Positions 38,701-49,700 of a DNA stretch of 64,000 nt are shown here, one piece after another. Positions within the stretch are counted from its first letter, which is position 1; the number at the start of each line of letters is the position of its first letter. Origin of the DNA: an uncultured virus (IMG/VR IMGVR_UViG_3300034108_002091) (Duplodnaviria; Heunggongvirae; Uroviricota; Caudoviricetes); the IMG/VR virus record IMGVR_UViG_3300034108_002091, one strand, 5' to 3'. The notes below the pieces were generated by a model that did not search any database, was not told where the DNA came from, and saw only the letters and a list, made by a program, of their open reading frames with translations. A program made the translations under genes and the position numbers.

Positions 38701-40494
38701 GAAATTGGCAACGTAGGATATCCAAATTATTACTTTGATACTTCCAGGGGAATTCTTGATAAGGTAGATTTTACTACTGCAGGCATTACCGACCTAATCA
38801 CCCGCTTTGCAGATACTGATATACTGCGCAAGCTGTTTGGACTTCCAGTATATCGGTTTGATTGTAGGGAAGATAAACGGGTGTACATTAATGGTAAGGT
38901 ATACACATACTCTTATGGTATTATCAACTTCCCCGTAGAGAGTTCTGTTAATCTGGACCTTAGACATGGTACGGATAATAGAGCAGGTGACTTTTATCCT
39001 AACAACCAGGATCTGGATAGCTGGCTGCAGCAAAAGAACGTTCCCATAAAAGAAGACAATCAATTCCATTACAATACAACCTATTCAAAGCAGAACAAAG
39101 AATCTGTGATCGTTCCGCTTACTGTAGACTATGAGTCATCGGAAGTGTGTAAAGCACAGAATCCCAATGATGTGGTATATTCTGCAGACTGGCGCAAGTT
39201 CAAATTTGCAGACCGACATTCCTTTACGCTACAAAACGGAAAGCTTGTTGGTATTTATGGAATCGAAAATGACAAGGTGTTGGCATTGTTTGAAAAAACG
39301 TTCATTCTGTTCAATGCGTACATCACCATTGCCACCAATGCGGACAGTGCCATTATCTCCAGCGGAAAAATGTTTGCTGGTAAACCCCAGCAGTTTACTC
39401 AAACGGATCTCGGTTACGGTGGTGCATCACATAAGACACTTGTGTCTACAGAGTTTGGTCATATCTGGATCAATGCACCACAGGGTGAAGTATTTTTGCT
39501 GGGTAGCAATGGATCGAGTTTCAAGAACCTGGCTGAAGATGGAATGAGCAACTGGTTCCGTCAGCATCTTCCCGTGCAGATTTCCAAAGCGTTTCCGGCT
39601 ATAAATGACGACACCGCACTATATGGTGTAGGTATTCACATGGGGTATGATAAGTCAAAAAAGCAATTATATATTACCAAGCTTGATTATAAAATCAAGG
39701 GGGGCTTGCAATATGACCCGGCTAAGCGATACTTCTATATCGTCTCTCCCAGGGGCGATCGGGAAATCGTACCGTTAGGCGATGAGCGGTATTTTGAAAA
39801 CGTGAGCTGGACAATTACCTACAAGTTTCCAGATCAGGCATGGAAAAGCTTCCATTCCATCCTTCCCAACTATTACGTATCGCTGCCGGGTTATATGCAA
39901 AGCGGCCGGAACAAAGACTGTAGCGATCTATGGAGCCACGGGCTGATTAACAGTTCTTTCCAGGTATTTTACGGGGAGCTGCATCCTTTTGAGGTGCAGG
40001 TACAGAACAAGCCGGCCATCGAGAAAAATATGCTGAAGCGTGTGGCTTTCGGATTGGATGTGGTTAGGTATCATGGTTTGAGTGAGTACTACGACGACAA
40101 GGTGACGTTCAACCGGGCGATGATATACAACAACCGGCAGACAACCGGTTTCCTTGATATGACCATCAAAGATCCTGAGGACCATACACAAAGCTTTGAC
40201 TATCCCCGGCCTAGGCTTATGGGCAGGGCTATCCTGATCAGCAGGTTGAAAAATGCATGGAGCTTCAATCAGTTTGGCAATATTGCGCTGGGAAAGAATA
40301 ACAACATTCCTCCCATGGTGTATACACCCAACGGTACGCATCTGGTGCCCAACATAAATGGCATCGATCCGTTCCAGGATGAACTGGAAAAAATAAAGGG
40401 AGAGGTTAACAAGATCAGGTTGATCAACGATAAACATTCTGAATACAAGTTCAGGCTGAAGTGGCTGAACAATAATCAATCGGTAGACTTATGA
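35782..40494 (+). CDS. Tail stabilisation (muzzle) protein
   Basis: 1570 aa. 'KGMNTD...Y.YALNA' start, 'SLLRDE.Y..GIVF', 'FHSPE', 'GDTFI' and 'W.SFHS' motifs. Confidence 0.82.
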   Translation: MADSSHISLPVKGMNTDAHEFTLDEQWYDYALNAETEDVDGQGRLMQNIASLIKAVDFPKGYDVAHVKPIIEQNRILFFLAGPTSIIAEVTGVNNPILPGDLHELVDNECTDCPDDKRLKIVKTELEKATLKLNVIANSDCLNFNLLFPIRSAYRVTECGIEVVFTDTLNERRRIEFEYTDPYDTESNLKVDEDYLKIESYATLDPDCGMDNPSSSLEPVYGTEIDCTKLSFQPKQDRLIVQPIEETAGGSLQAGVYQFFAAGADVKGVALTSYMGSTNPFPIFSRPLTVQTDYKTGKTIVLKTNSVPGGPFEYFNIAVAKTVNNFTTFELVGTFPAGTTNVVYTGNDTYIQLNSNDIFERAPYYKNAKDVTASNDFLFFTGLQEWPKGNWQRVALDIRLKWITHELPLGAYKNPAIATNFKSLLRDEGYMWGIVFEFTNGDETPAVVLVNRPASVSDMQLVNDANSFEGEQPRYKVYNTASVTATPRIAYDPNNIFGDAIWEEGDFAYAESEETYPNNQEQWGELAGKKVRIFKTPDFRTSPFFGVSGRKDMIYTLGVKVDHTSVLDALDAALTCGFISGEDRGRVRGYRLVRANRSGWNTIIAKGLVYDSWSYEKKNKTYYYPNYPFNDHRDDPFISPTIDTYDRGAGGGSGHNVGSSFKNKFVNTGRYTFHSPETHFNNPSIEGLTEMKIECVSIGEAQGYFKEVEDHAKYKLPSVANYTAALLISTPPGSSSFNGVSLSGLVSGPVTLLTNMLNILETSLVPGNVPEIKGDLESINNFLNDYTLWKEVAEALVPFRNFFVQYQGVGTYFGYQLSDTLQQRRKIINKAYLTPQSVVFTENNNPLYFNNWQRESSVYLKIQDTIKTSSQYTIDNSRYTISEAGMCTSMERQLDKSISAYYVSLKRPLVSQYGNIFGIDWLDTGKYKALSDTIDHHVFSGDTFIGQFAVKRKHPFFLYTGVDFNANSDLLYSEIGNVGYPNYYFDTSRGILDKVDFTTAGITDLITRFADTDILRKLFGLPVYRFDCREDKRVYINGKVYTYSYGIINFPVESSVNLDLRHGTDNRAGDFYPNNQDLDSWLQQKNVPIKEDNQFHYNTTYSKQNKESVIVPLTVDYESSEVCKAQNPNDVVYSADWRKFKFADRHSFTLQNGKLVGIYGIENDKVLALFEKTFILFNAYITIATNADSAIISSGKMFAGKPQQFTQTDLGYGGASHKTLVSTEFGHIWINAPQGEVFLLGSNGSSFKNLAEDGMSNWFRQHLPVQISKAFPAINDDTALYGVGIHMGYDKSKKQLYITKLDYKIKGGLQYDPAKRYFYIVSPRGDREIVPLGDERYFENVSWTITYKFPDQAWKSFHSILPNYYVSLPGYMQSGRNKDCSDLWSHGLINSSFQVFYGELHPFEVQVQNKPAIEKNMLKRVAFGLDVVRYHGLSEYYDDKVTFNRAMIYNNRQTTGFLDMTIKDPEDHTQSFDYPRPRLMGRAILISRLKNAWSFNQFGNIALGKNNNIPPMVYTPNGTHLVPNINGIDPFQDELEKIKGEVNKIRLINDKHSEYKFRLKWLNNNQSVDL

Positions 40495-41777
40495 GTTGGC
40501 TTGATAATTACATACCGTCGGAAACAGATCGTGAGATTTCAAATTTTCTTTCTTTCCATGATGCAAAAAAAGCAGCACAGGCAGAAGTGGCACGTCATAA
40601 ATACGAAGTTCAATTACAGCAAGAAGCAGAGGCACAGGCTGAGGCAGAAAGTACCAGTGAAGAACCTATAACCAAGCCTGTTGAAAATCCAATGCGAGCA
40701 GAAGTGCCGCCGCCGGTGATGAACTTTCTGCAGAACCAGCGGATGGCATTATCGCTTAACGGCGCTTCTGCATACCAAGGTGCACCAAAGGAAGCACCGA
40801 GTTATCCGGTAGACGAAAGCCTTACGCTGGATCCTGACAAAGCCTTAAGGGCTATCTTTGGCAACGAAGGCGGTAAGACAGGTCAGCGCACCGCTCTCAA
40901 GGGTTCTGCTCGTGGTCGCTATCAGATCATCGATTCTACGCGGGAGATGATCCGGAAAGGTCATTTCTCCAGCATTCCTAAGGATGAGTTCAACCGCAGG
41001 TACAATAGCGATGCTGAGTTTGAACATGCCGTTGCCCGCGCCCACATGAGCGACTTGATCAAAACCTATGGGCAATATGCACTGTCTGCATGGTACTCAC
41101 CAAAGCATGTAGAGCAGAAGCGGTTTAATGAAGTTCCCAATCCTGAGTATGGAAATAAAGTTACCGTTGGTCAGTATCAGGAAAATGCAATGAAACGGTA
41201 TAAGAAATTTGAAGCAGGTGGTGAGACAGAAGAAAAACCCGGTGCATCGGCTCCCAAAGGATATAAGCGCAGAACGAAAGAACAGCGGGAAGCCTGGAAC
41301 GCCATGCTTAACTATGCGGAAGAGAAAGGCATTGCTGGAAAGACTGAACTGGACGACCGGAATAAAAACATGAGCGTATCTTTCCTTCAGGAATGGAATA
41401 AGGCTCATCCTGACAAAGCGATCAGTCCGGAAGAAATTCAGTATTTTCAATATGAATTACGTGGGATCAACGACGGGTACTTTCCCCAGGTAACCACTTC
41501 AAAACCAGAATACGCTCAGATATGGGGTGAGCGGATGTACAAGGATAAGTTCAACGAATCATTTATTCAGCGGCAGCGATCACAACCCGACAACTGGTTT
41601 GGATCTCTTACGTCTCGCGAATATTACCCTCAGTATGAATTTGTACAAGGGGATAAAAAGATTGAATATGGTGTAGACTATGATAAATATGCCGAAGCGA
41701 TCTTTTTGGAAAATCAAAAACAGAAACAGAAACCGGCAGTTCGCAAGCATGGCGGCTGCGTAAAACATGGAAAATGA
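40491..41777 (+). CDS. Virion cargo protein with lysozyme-like/lytic transglycosylase domain
   Basis: 'AIFGNEGG...SARGRYQII.ST...A.SAWY' motif. Confidence 0.6.
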   Translation: MSWLDNYIPSETDREISNFLSFHDAKKAAQAEVARHKYEVQLQQEAEAQAEAESTSEEPITKPVENPMRAEVPPPVMNFLQNQRMALSLNGASAYQGAPKEAPSYPVDESLTLDPDKALRAIFGNEGGKTGQRTALKGSARGRYQIIDSTREMIRKGHFSSIPKDEFNRRYNSDAEFEHAVARAHMSDLIKTYGQYALSAWYSPKHVEQKRFNEVPNPEYGNKVTVGQYQENAMKRYKKFEAGGETEEKPGASAPKGYKRRTKEQREAWNAMLNYAEEKGIAGKTELDDRNKNMSVSFLQEWNKAHPDKAISPEEIQYFQYELRGINDGYFPQVTTSKPEYAQIWGERMYKDKFNESFIQRQRSQPDNWFGSLTSREYYPQYEFVQGDKKIEYGVDYDKYAEAIFLENQKQKQKPAVRKHGGCVKHGK

Positions 41778-44110
41778 CCAGAGCACAATTGTTCAAAAAA
41801 GTGGGCGTAAAAGACGAAGCCGAATTCTACGCAAAGTATCCGGATGAAAATTCTTTTTCTACAGTCCATCCAGATATTCCCGTCATGGGATTAGGTGGTA
41901 TTCTTAAAGGAATAGGCAGTGTTGCTAAGGCAGTACTGCCTACAGCTTTGAGTTTTATTCCTGGTGTAGGTGGCATTGCTGGTCAGGCAGCCGGTGCTTT
42001 ACTGGGTGGCTCAGGTGGTCAGGGTGGTGAAAAGAAAGGATTGTTTGGAAAGATCCTCGGTGCCGGTATGAATATCCTTGGCGGTGTACTGGATTCGGGT
42101 ATCCTCAAATCAAAAGATGGCGTTCCTGGACAGCTGCCCATGGTGTTGAATCAAGGGGCTCAGATGATCAACAATGCTCAGATGAACAATCAGGCCCGCG
42201 ATCGGTTTGTGTCCGGCCTGCAACCCAATTCCAAAGCACTCATGGATCAGTTTGGTTCCGATGATCAGCCGATCCTTTATAAATATGGTGGTGGTACAGT
42301 TGAAGATGCGGATATCGTTCCGCAGCGGATGAGGCTTTCCGGAAGGGTAAATGCCGAAGTTGAAGAAGGTGAAGTGGTTCAGGACCAGAATGGAAACATT
42401 GAATACGTGGATCCATCGCATCCGCATGCTGGCCTCCATGGTGAGGAAGGCGGTGCGCTTATGACCGATGCTTACCGGGTGTTGGAAGATACATCCAACA
42501 AGCGAGGCCGCAACTCATGGAAAGATAAAACCCTCAGGCTTAGTTCCGAAAAAGCAGAAATGCTTACCGGTATCAAGTTCAAAAAAGGAACGTCTCATGC
42601 TGGTGCGCTGATGGCTGCCGATGAAGCCTATGGTAAAAAACGTGCGCAATATACCCGGGCGATTGAAAAAACAAACAAGATGCGTGTACCGGATAAACTG
42701 AGTATGAATTCAGCGGAACTGAATTTGAAAATGGGCATGAAGCTTCCAACAAAAGAAGTGCTGTTCGATAAACTGTACGATCACCAGGAAGAGGTGAAAT
42801 ACGCTACTGGTATTGACAGCGGGGAAGAAATGCAGTATGGTGGGATACGCATGGGTCAGTACGGAACGGAATGGCCCCCAAAAAACCCGGCTGAAATCGA
42901 AAGGTTGAGAAAGATGTTTTTTCAGTCTACCCCGGCTCCTGTGGCTCCAAAGGCTCCTGCAGTTACCCCTCCCCCATACAATCCAATGCTGGATGTTACT
43001 AAAAATGCTTTGGAAAACGCTCCAATAGTAAAGCCTACAGCCCGAACCGCTTGGAATAAAATGCAGGGTAACTTTCAATATCCTGGGGAAGTGAAGGATA
43101 TCATTCCTTCATTTGCTCCTAAACCAAAAGTTAAAACCTGGAGAGATAGCGGAGAATCTGAAACTGGTACTCAGAGTACCAAAAATCCGGTTAAAGTAAA
43201 CCCTAAAGCTGTAAGCCCTATCAAGATCAGTATTCCTAAAGATCTATCTGCTGGGGAAGAAACACAGATGCTGAAAAAACCTACCACTTTTGGAAACATG
43301 ATTACTGATAGCGTTAATCAAGCGCAGAATATGATGGCTGGTGTTCGCGGAACCAACAAGCCCATATTTGAAAATCAGCCGGTACAGGCCGGTACCTCCC
43401 AAGCTTCCCAGTCTGGTCGTCAAGGCTATGTTCCGGAAAAAATGGATGCACTGGACTACAAGCCGTTGGTGGATGCGCTGACCCTTCGCAAGGCGCCGGT
43501 GCGGTTTACACCCATCGATCTGGAAAAAATGAAGCTTCAGCGGATCAGTGCCCGCCCGATGGTGGACCAGATCAACAGCGATTACCGTTCTGCTCTGGCC
43601 ATGACCAACGGCGATGCCGGTGCGGTATCATCCCTGTTGGCAAGGAAGTACGATGCTACCAACCAGGCGCTGGGGAATGTCCAAAATGCTAATATTCAGA
43701 TTTCCAATCAGGAAACCATGGGTAATACGGATATCAGCAACCGCGAGGCCATGCTGAAAAACCAAAATTTGGATCAGTTCGATGCCAAGGTAGCGGCCAG
43801 AAATGCCAACTACGACAGCGTACGGAATGAAATGATGAATTCTTTCTATGCTAATGTTAGGAATAACCGACAATTCAACCGAAATGCTAAGTTAATGTTG
43901 GAATTTGCCGGCAGAGGAATGTACGATCAGGAAGGCAATTTCATCCCTGGCTCGGGCTATGGATCGCTGGCAGGCGGTACTTTACCTACTGAACCTGGTA
44001 AAACGACACAGACCACCATTAACCGCGGCTGGGATGTAGACGGTCGCCGCGTGGTTACTGGCAGCACCCGAACAAAGAAAATGCTTGGAGGTAAGATAAA
44101 GTTTAAATAG
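41774..44110 (+). CDS. Virion cargo/ejection protein
   Basis: Gly-rich hydrophobic segment, 'AEVEEGEVV..H..GG' motif, Gln/Asn-rich coiled C-terminus. Confidence 0.65.
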   Translation: MTRAQLFKKVGVKDEAEFYAKYPDENSFSTVHPDIPVMGLGGILKGIGSVAKAVLPTALSFIPGVGGIAGQAAGALLGGSGGQGGEKKGLFGKILGAGMNILGGVLDSGILKSKDGVPGQLPMVLNQGAQMINNAQMNNQARDRFVSGLQPNSKALMDQFGSDDQPILYKYGGGTVEDADIVPQRMRLSGRVNAEVEEGEVVQDQNGNIEYVDPSHPHAGLHGEEGGALMTDAYRVLEDTSNKRGRNSWKDKTLRLSSEKAEMLTGIKFKKGTSHAGALMAADEAYGKKRAQYTRAIEKTNKMRVPDKLSMNSAELNLKMGMKLPTKEVLFDKLYDHQEEVKYATGIDSGEEMQYGGIRMGQYGTEWPPKNPAEIERLRKMFFQSTPAPVAPKAPAVTPPPYNPMLDVTKNALENAPIVKPTARTAWNKMQGNFQYPGEVKDIIPSFAPKPKVKTWRDSGESETGTQSTKNPVKVNPKAVSPIKISIPKDLSAGEETQMLKKPTTFGNMITDSVNQAQNMMAGVRGTNKPIFENQPVQAGTSQASQSGRQGYVPEKMDALDYKPLVDALTLRKAPVRFTPIDLEKMKLQRISARPMVDQINSDYRSALAMTNGDAGAVSSLLARKYDATNQALGNVQNANIQISNQETMGNTDISNREAMLKNQNLDQFDAKVAARNANYDSVRNEMMNSFYANVRNNRQFNRNAKLMLEFAGRGMYDQEGNFIPGSGYGSLAGGTLPTEPGKTTQTTINRGWDVDGRRVVTGSTRTKKMLGGKIKFK

Positions 44111-44163
44111 CTTTGTCTCATAAGTTCACAACAAGTGAAGTGTTTTAATTGGGGAAACTCATT

Positions 44164-44192
44164 AACCGGGCATCATGAGCCCGGTTTTTTAT
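44164..44192 (+). terminator. Rho-independent terminator
   Basis: AACCGGGC-ATCATGA-GCCCGGTT followed by a T-run. Confidence 0.75.
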
Positions 44193-44264
44193 TTTCACCA
44201 GTTTGCATTAGTCACATTAACCATATAATCAGGTTTACTTATTTTTGTTTAGAACCTGTATTCT

Positions 44265-46712
44265 ATGAATGTTTCCTACGTCAAACCAGACTACAAAGCG
44301 GTAGCACCTTCCAATCCTTATTCGCTGGATCTCATGGGCCGGATGCTCATGGATAAAGTACAGCGGTACGAAACCAATTATGCCCAACTCTCCCAGGAAG
44401 CCGCTATCAACGAAGCCACTGGCGCAAACATTATGAACATCGCTTCCCGCGAATACGCCAACCAAAAGCTCAACGGATTGATGGATAGTGTTAACGGAGA
44501 TCTCGGCAATGCGGATCTTTCCAAAATGCAAGAACGCCAAGCCTTCAGTTCTAAAATGCAGGAGTTCTCCCGGGACCCGAGAATTATTCAGGCGGTTGGC
44601 GATTCAAGGAAAATCTCAGCCATTGGTGCGCAGTATCAAAAAGACCTGGAAAAAAACCCAAATAACATTGTCAACTACTCATTGTTTCAGCAAGATGTAC
44701 AGCAATATGTGAATGATCTCGAAGGTGCACCATACAGGGGAATGAACTTCATGGGATATGTAGATGTAGACAAATCGTTTGGAGATATGTTTGAACAGCT
44801 GAAAGCCGATGGTGTGTTGAAACAATCAGGCACTTCTGGGGAGTATATCTATACGGTAACCAATGAAAATGTAGACGGCTCTCGTATTGAGCAGATCGTT
44901 TACAATCACCTGCAGTCCAACCCTTCGATCATGGGTCAGGTCCGTAACAATGCACGATACTACATGCAGAATATGTCAGACGGTGATCTCGGTGAATCGT
45001 ATGCTAATTATGCACAGCAAAGGGTTGTAGAAAACAGTGGAGCCGCTACTCGGATCAAAGCAAACCTCGCGCGGTTAAACGCTACGGATAAATTGGTAGA
45101 ACCAGATAAAGATGCAAAGGTTGCTGCACTGGAAGAACAGCTGAAATTTGTAGAAGGTGATATCGAAAGATATCGTGGCATTGCCAGCGATCCAAAGAAA
45201 GCGTTTGAAATGGCCGCCGCCAACCGTCAGGGTGTATGGCAAGAACTGCACACTAACTCCCTTGTTAATAAGTTCAAGTCGATCTATGCTTATTCCAATG
45301 ACAAAGGCTTCAAGGTAGATGATGTATCCGATCCATATGCAAAAGCTTCATCGTCTTCATCTGCCGGAGCCAGAGCCCAAACAGAAAATGGTCAGTTTCA
45401 GGTTAGTGATAACGCCATTGTTTTCGATCCTCAGGATGGTAAAACCGGCGTGGTTGAACTTACATCATCTTCCCTCGGTGCTGATGTTCAGGATGCTATG
45501 ACTGTGAAATCAAAGCTTGAATCCGATTTTGCTTATGATTTAAAACTCAGGTACGGTGGTATTCCCGGCAATGATCTTGGTACGTATATTCAGGAACAGG
45601 AAGCCCTGATTCTCAAAAACGAAAAGGTAGATCCTGAATATCTTGACTTCCGCAATAAGTATGTCGCCAATAATCACAGACTGGAAAATGCTGCTTACCG
45701 GATGAATAAGTTCCAGAAAGAAGCACAGCAGTTGTATCAAAGTGGCGTGGCCAATCAGCTTCCGGAAAGATTCAAGATTTTCGGCGGCGACTTCTCCCGT
45801 CAGGAAATGAGTGAGTTCATGAGTGTTTACGGAAGTGAGTTCAAGGATTTAGGCATGTTCCCTGGTGAAGATAAAATTCAAACACTGACAAAAAAAATTA
45901 TTGAACGTGGGCAAGGGCCTGTTGCTGATGCATTGAAAAAAGGTCAGCTCTCGATAGATACCCTTTACGATACCTACCGTATGCACAGCAATACTTTTGG
46001 TTTTGTCAATGACTACGTGTCAAAAAATATGACCAACGCTGTACTCACCAGGATCCCCAAAGTGGTGCTGAACGAGAAGCAGAAAAATGATGAGGTAGCA
46101 ATGGGTCAAATGTCCGGCCTTGTATCTCACGATCGCCAAATGCAGGGATTGCCGTCTGTCAAAAACATCAAGCCGATCAAATATGGCTATGACCATGGTA
46201 ACCTGTATGTTACCTATGAATACGAAGATGGAGATAAGCAAATCCAAACGGAAACCACTGCCATGCTGAAAGCGGACCAGACACCCAATGCGTTCGGTGG
46301 TCTTCTTCAGCAAGACCCTTATGAGGATTTGAGAAACACGATCATGCAGCGGGGCTCTACCAGCCCGGACGCGCAAAATTATAAATCGATGTCGCCTGTT
46401 GTTCAGGTGCCTTATACTGTCAAAAAACCCGATGGTACGGTAGAGAAAAAGTTCAAGCCCTACTATGTACGGTTCAGTGATAAGGCTCGTCACCGTATGA
46501 ATGAGCAGGGATCCGATCCGCTGAAGATGATGCCTGACCAAGGAATCAACCTGGATATGTTTCAGTTTGTAGATCCTGAAGATCCAAAGGGATGGTTGAA
46601 CATGGTAGATTCCGAGGGTCGCATGCTGCCTCCTGTCCGCACCGTTGAAGAAGCGATGCGGCTTGCTACTTCTTACTTACAATCCAGAACTCAACTTACA
46701 AAAGCGAAATAA
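44265..46712 (+). CDS. Virion cargo/ejection protein (815 aa)
   Basis: Helical, with its own promoter (TATTTTTG at 44240), TAATG-coupled to the giant RNAP gene. Confidence 0.65.
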   Translation: MNVSYVKPDYKAVAPSNPYSLDLMGRMLMDKVQRYETNYAQLSQEAAINEATGANIMNIASREYANQKLNGLMDSVNGDLGNADLSKMQERQAFSSKMQEFSRDPRIIQAVGDSRKISAIGAQYQKDLEKNPNNIVNYSLFQQDVQQYVNDLEGAPYRGMNFMGYVDVDKSFGDMFEQLKADGVLKQSGTSGEYIYTVTNENVDGSRIEQIVYNHLQSNPSIMGQVRNNARYYMQNMSDGDLGESYANYAQQRVVENSGAATRIKANLARLNATDKLVEPDKDAKVAALEEQLKFVEGDIERYRGIASDPKKAFEMAAANRQGVWQELHTNSLVNKFKSIYAYSNDKGFKVDDVSDPYAKASSSSSAGARAQTENGQFQVSDNAIVFDPQDGKTGVVELTSSSLGADVQDAMTVKSKLESDFAYDLKLRYGGIPGNDLGTYIQEQEALILKNEKVDPEYLDFRNKYVANNHRLENAAYRMNKFQKEAQQLYQSGVANQLPERFKIFGGDFSRQEMSEFMSVYGSEFKDLGMFPGEDKIQTLTKKIIERGQGPVADALKKGQLSIDTLYDTYRMHSNTFGFVNDYVSKNMTNAVLTRIPKVVLNEKQKNDEVAMGQMSGLVSHDRQMQGLPSVKNIKPIKYGYDHGNLYVTYEYEDGDKQIQTETTAMLKADQTPNAFGGLLQQDPYEDLRNTIMQRGSTSPDAQNYKSMSPVVQVPYTVKKPDGTVEKKFKPYYVRFSDKARHRMNEQGSDPLKMMPDQGINLDMFQFVDPEDPKGWLNMVDSEGRMLPPVRTVEEAMRLATSYLQSRTQLTKAK

Positions 46713-49700
46713 TGTACAAACCAACTCCTGATGTTCGCTCTTATGGAGCCGAATCTTTGCCTAATTACGGTGGTCAATCTGGTGAGGCAGTATCTCCCTT
46801 GGATGCCGCTTATGCTGCGGCGATGAAAACCATGGAAGCTACTGACACCCCGTTATACGGTTTTGAGCAGTATACGCCATATGAGTATGCCAAAAGGTAC
46901 ATGAGCGGCCGCGGTCATTCCGGTTATATCGGCATGCAGTCGTCCGAGGACTATAACGCCCAGCGGCAGAACAATTGGATCAAAGCATCCAACGGATTGA
47001 TGAAAGGAACCGGTGTGGCTCTTACTTCATTCATTGACGGTACGGTGGGTACGCTCGTAGGATTGACTAACTGGATCGACAAAAAAAAGTTTTCTGCATT
47101 TTTCGATAACCCTGTCACCAATGCGATGGAAGACTTTCGCAAGCTGACAGAAGAATGGGCTCCCAACTACTATACCGATGTTGAGCGTAACGCCGAATGG
47201 TACAGTACTGACAACTGGTTCAAAACGAATTTCCTTTTCGATAAGTTGATTAAGAATGCCGGCTTTGCTGCGGCCGCTATTGGTGAAGGTGCACTCGTTG
47301 CCAAACTTCTCCAGGGGTTGACCAAAATGACGGCCGTGGGTAAAATGGCTCAGGCTGTAGATGAACTGGAATACGGGTTGTCTGCAGTAAGTCGGGGAGA
47401 GAAAGCCAGCGATGCTTTCAAAGGTTTCGGCAGCGGCATGCTCAAAAGCTATTTGCAAAAACCGATCGCGGGAATGACAGAGATTGAAAGCCTGTCTGCC
47501 AGGGCCGCGAAGGTAGAAAAAGCTACTGCCAGCGTGATCAACAAGGCTGCGTCTGTTGTGGCCACCACTGCAGAAGCCAATGCAGAAGCACTGCAAGGTA
47601 CCCGCCGGCTTCGGGAAGAGCTGATCCAATCGTATAAAGATGCCAATAATGGCAACTTCCCCGATGCGGAAACCATGAAGGATATCGAAATGAGGGCGGC
47701 AGAAGGCGGTTCCATCCGGTTCGGAATGAACGTACTGACCTTGGGTATTTCCAATATGATTCAGTTTCCACGATTGCTTAACGGATCGCTGAGTGCAGAG
47801 AAAGGCGCCATCGCCCGGGAAATCAAAGATGTGGCTGTAGATAAAACCGGTGCCGCCACCGCGCGGGCAGGTGAAAACTATGTCACCAAATCGGCCCTGA
47901 TGTCCACTAAACAGAAAGCTTTCAGCTCCCTGGCCAAAAAGCTGGGTGCCGTTGAACTTTCTGAAGGTGCTGAGGAAGGTATGCAGTATGCTATCGAGGA
48001 AGGGATCCATGAGTACGAAATGATGGCCCAGCATCCCAAAGCGGTAGAGGCTATCAAAAATATTTTCACCCATGGCCTCAGTCAGACGATCAACTCCAAA
48101 GAAGGTATGGAATCCGTTATGCTGGGTATCCTCACCGGTGGGTTGATGAATAAAGCTACCAATTTTGGAAAGAACACGAAGATCCAGAAGAATACGACTG
48201 CTTTTCTTTCCGAGGTAAACAAGGCTCCTCAGGCAGCGGATGTGATCGCGTATAAGAATGAGAACGATAGCTATTCTGCGGAAATGGTGAGATCTATTTC
48301 CCGGGGCTTTGCTGCCCAGCAGGAAAAAGAACAAGGTCATGCTCAGGGAGATATGGTCAAGGTCAAAGATGCGGATGCTAAAGCGTTTATTGCCTATGCC
48401 CTGCCCAGGATTAAATACGGCCGGTTCGACTTGTTACAAAGCGAACTGGACCAGTACGCTAGTATGCCTTTCGATGAGGTTAAAAAAGAACTTGGTCTTC
48501 CGGAGAATGTCACGCAGGAAGATGTGAACAAACGAATCAACAGTCTGAAAGAAAAAGCCGCTGTGTTGAAAAACCTGTATGAATCCATGAGCATGCGCTT
48601 TGGTCAGCAGGTGGTGAAAAAAGACGGCAAGGTACAGGCGAAATATACTCCTAAGCAGATTGATGAACTGGTGTACCATGCTTTCCGAGTGGCCGATTAT
48701 GAGCGCCGGTATAACGATCTGTTTGGTCAGGTGAATGATGCACTGGGCAAATCCAACTACAAGGGTAAATTTTCTCTTGAGGCCTTGTTTGATAAATCCC
48801 TGCGTAAGGATGAGAACAACAAAGAGGTAGATCTGGAACGCATCCGGACGCAAATGTATAAGCAGCTAAACTCGATACAACCTGACCAACAACAGGATAA
48901 AGACGGTGTGTCGTATGCGGAAAAGCTGCGCGACCTGGAAAGAATCCAGAACCGCAGGGAAGAATACCTGTACCATTTTGAAGATGTGAAGTCTCAGGAT
49001 ATCATGGATCTGGATGCCTTTGAATTGGAGAATGCTTCCCTCGATGATTACCTGAAGTTCGAGCGTCAGTCAAAAAATCGTACGTTGATGCGCCAGCTGG
49101 ATAAAAACACCGAGCGCAGGCCCGATACCAAAAAGCTGATGGACTTTGTAAACGCAAAGTTAAAAGAAGGCTGGCAATCCTCTGAAATTGTAAGCGCCAT
49201 CAAAGCGGAAAACACCTTTGTCTACGATGGTACGAAGGAAAATGTAATGGCTCAAAATGTCGGTGAATCATCTGTATTGGAAGAGGCTATTCAACAATAT
49301 TCCGATCAGATGGATACACTGGATCCTACTGATCCTGAAGATATGGCTATGATGGGTGAGGCCCAGGTGGCATCGGATAACCTTCAAGCGGCTCTCGATA
49401 AGCTGATGACTGAGCGGCAGGATATTCCCAAGTTTGAAGATGAACCGTTTATCGGTAATGACTATGCTATCCGCCGGGCACTGGCCGATAGCTATGTGGG
49501 TAAAGCCGATGTGTTTCTCAGTGCCGCCAAACAGGATGCAGACTATGGTGATGAAAAAACAGTTTCTGCCATATCCAAAGTGATAAATGAACTGAAAAAG
49601 CTGAAATCCATTTTTGCCGATCGCAAGGACGGCATTGGTGAATCGCAAGAGTTCCGCGGCTTTGAGGATAAGTTGAAAACAGCCATTTCTGACCTGGAAG

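Noticed and set aside
44110..44264. Possible tRNA/ncRNA or 73-aa ORF (44135..44356)
   Set aside because: Explained by a terminator plus promoter. No cloverleaf is visible and the ORF crosses the terminator.
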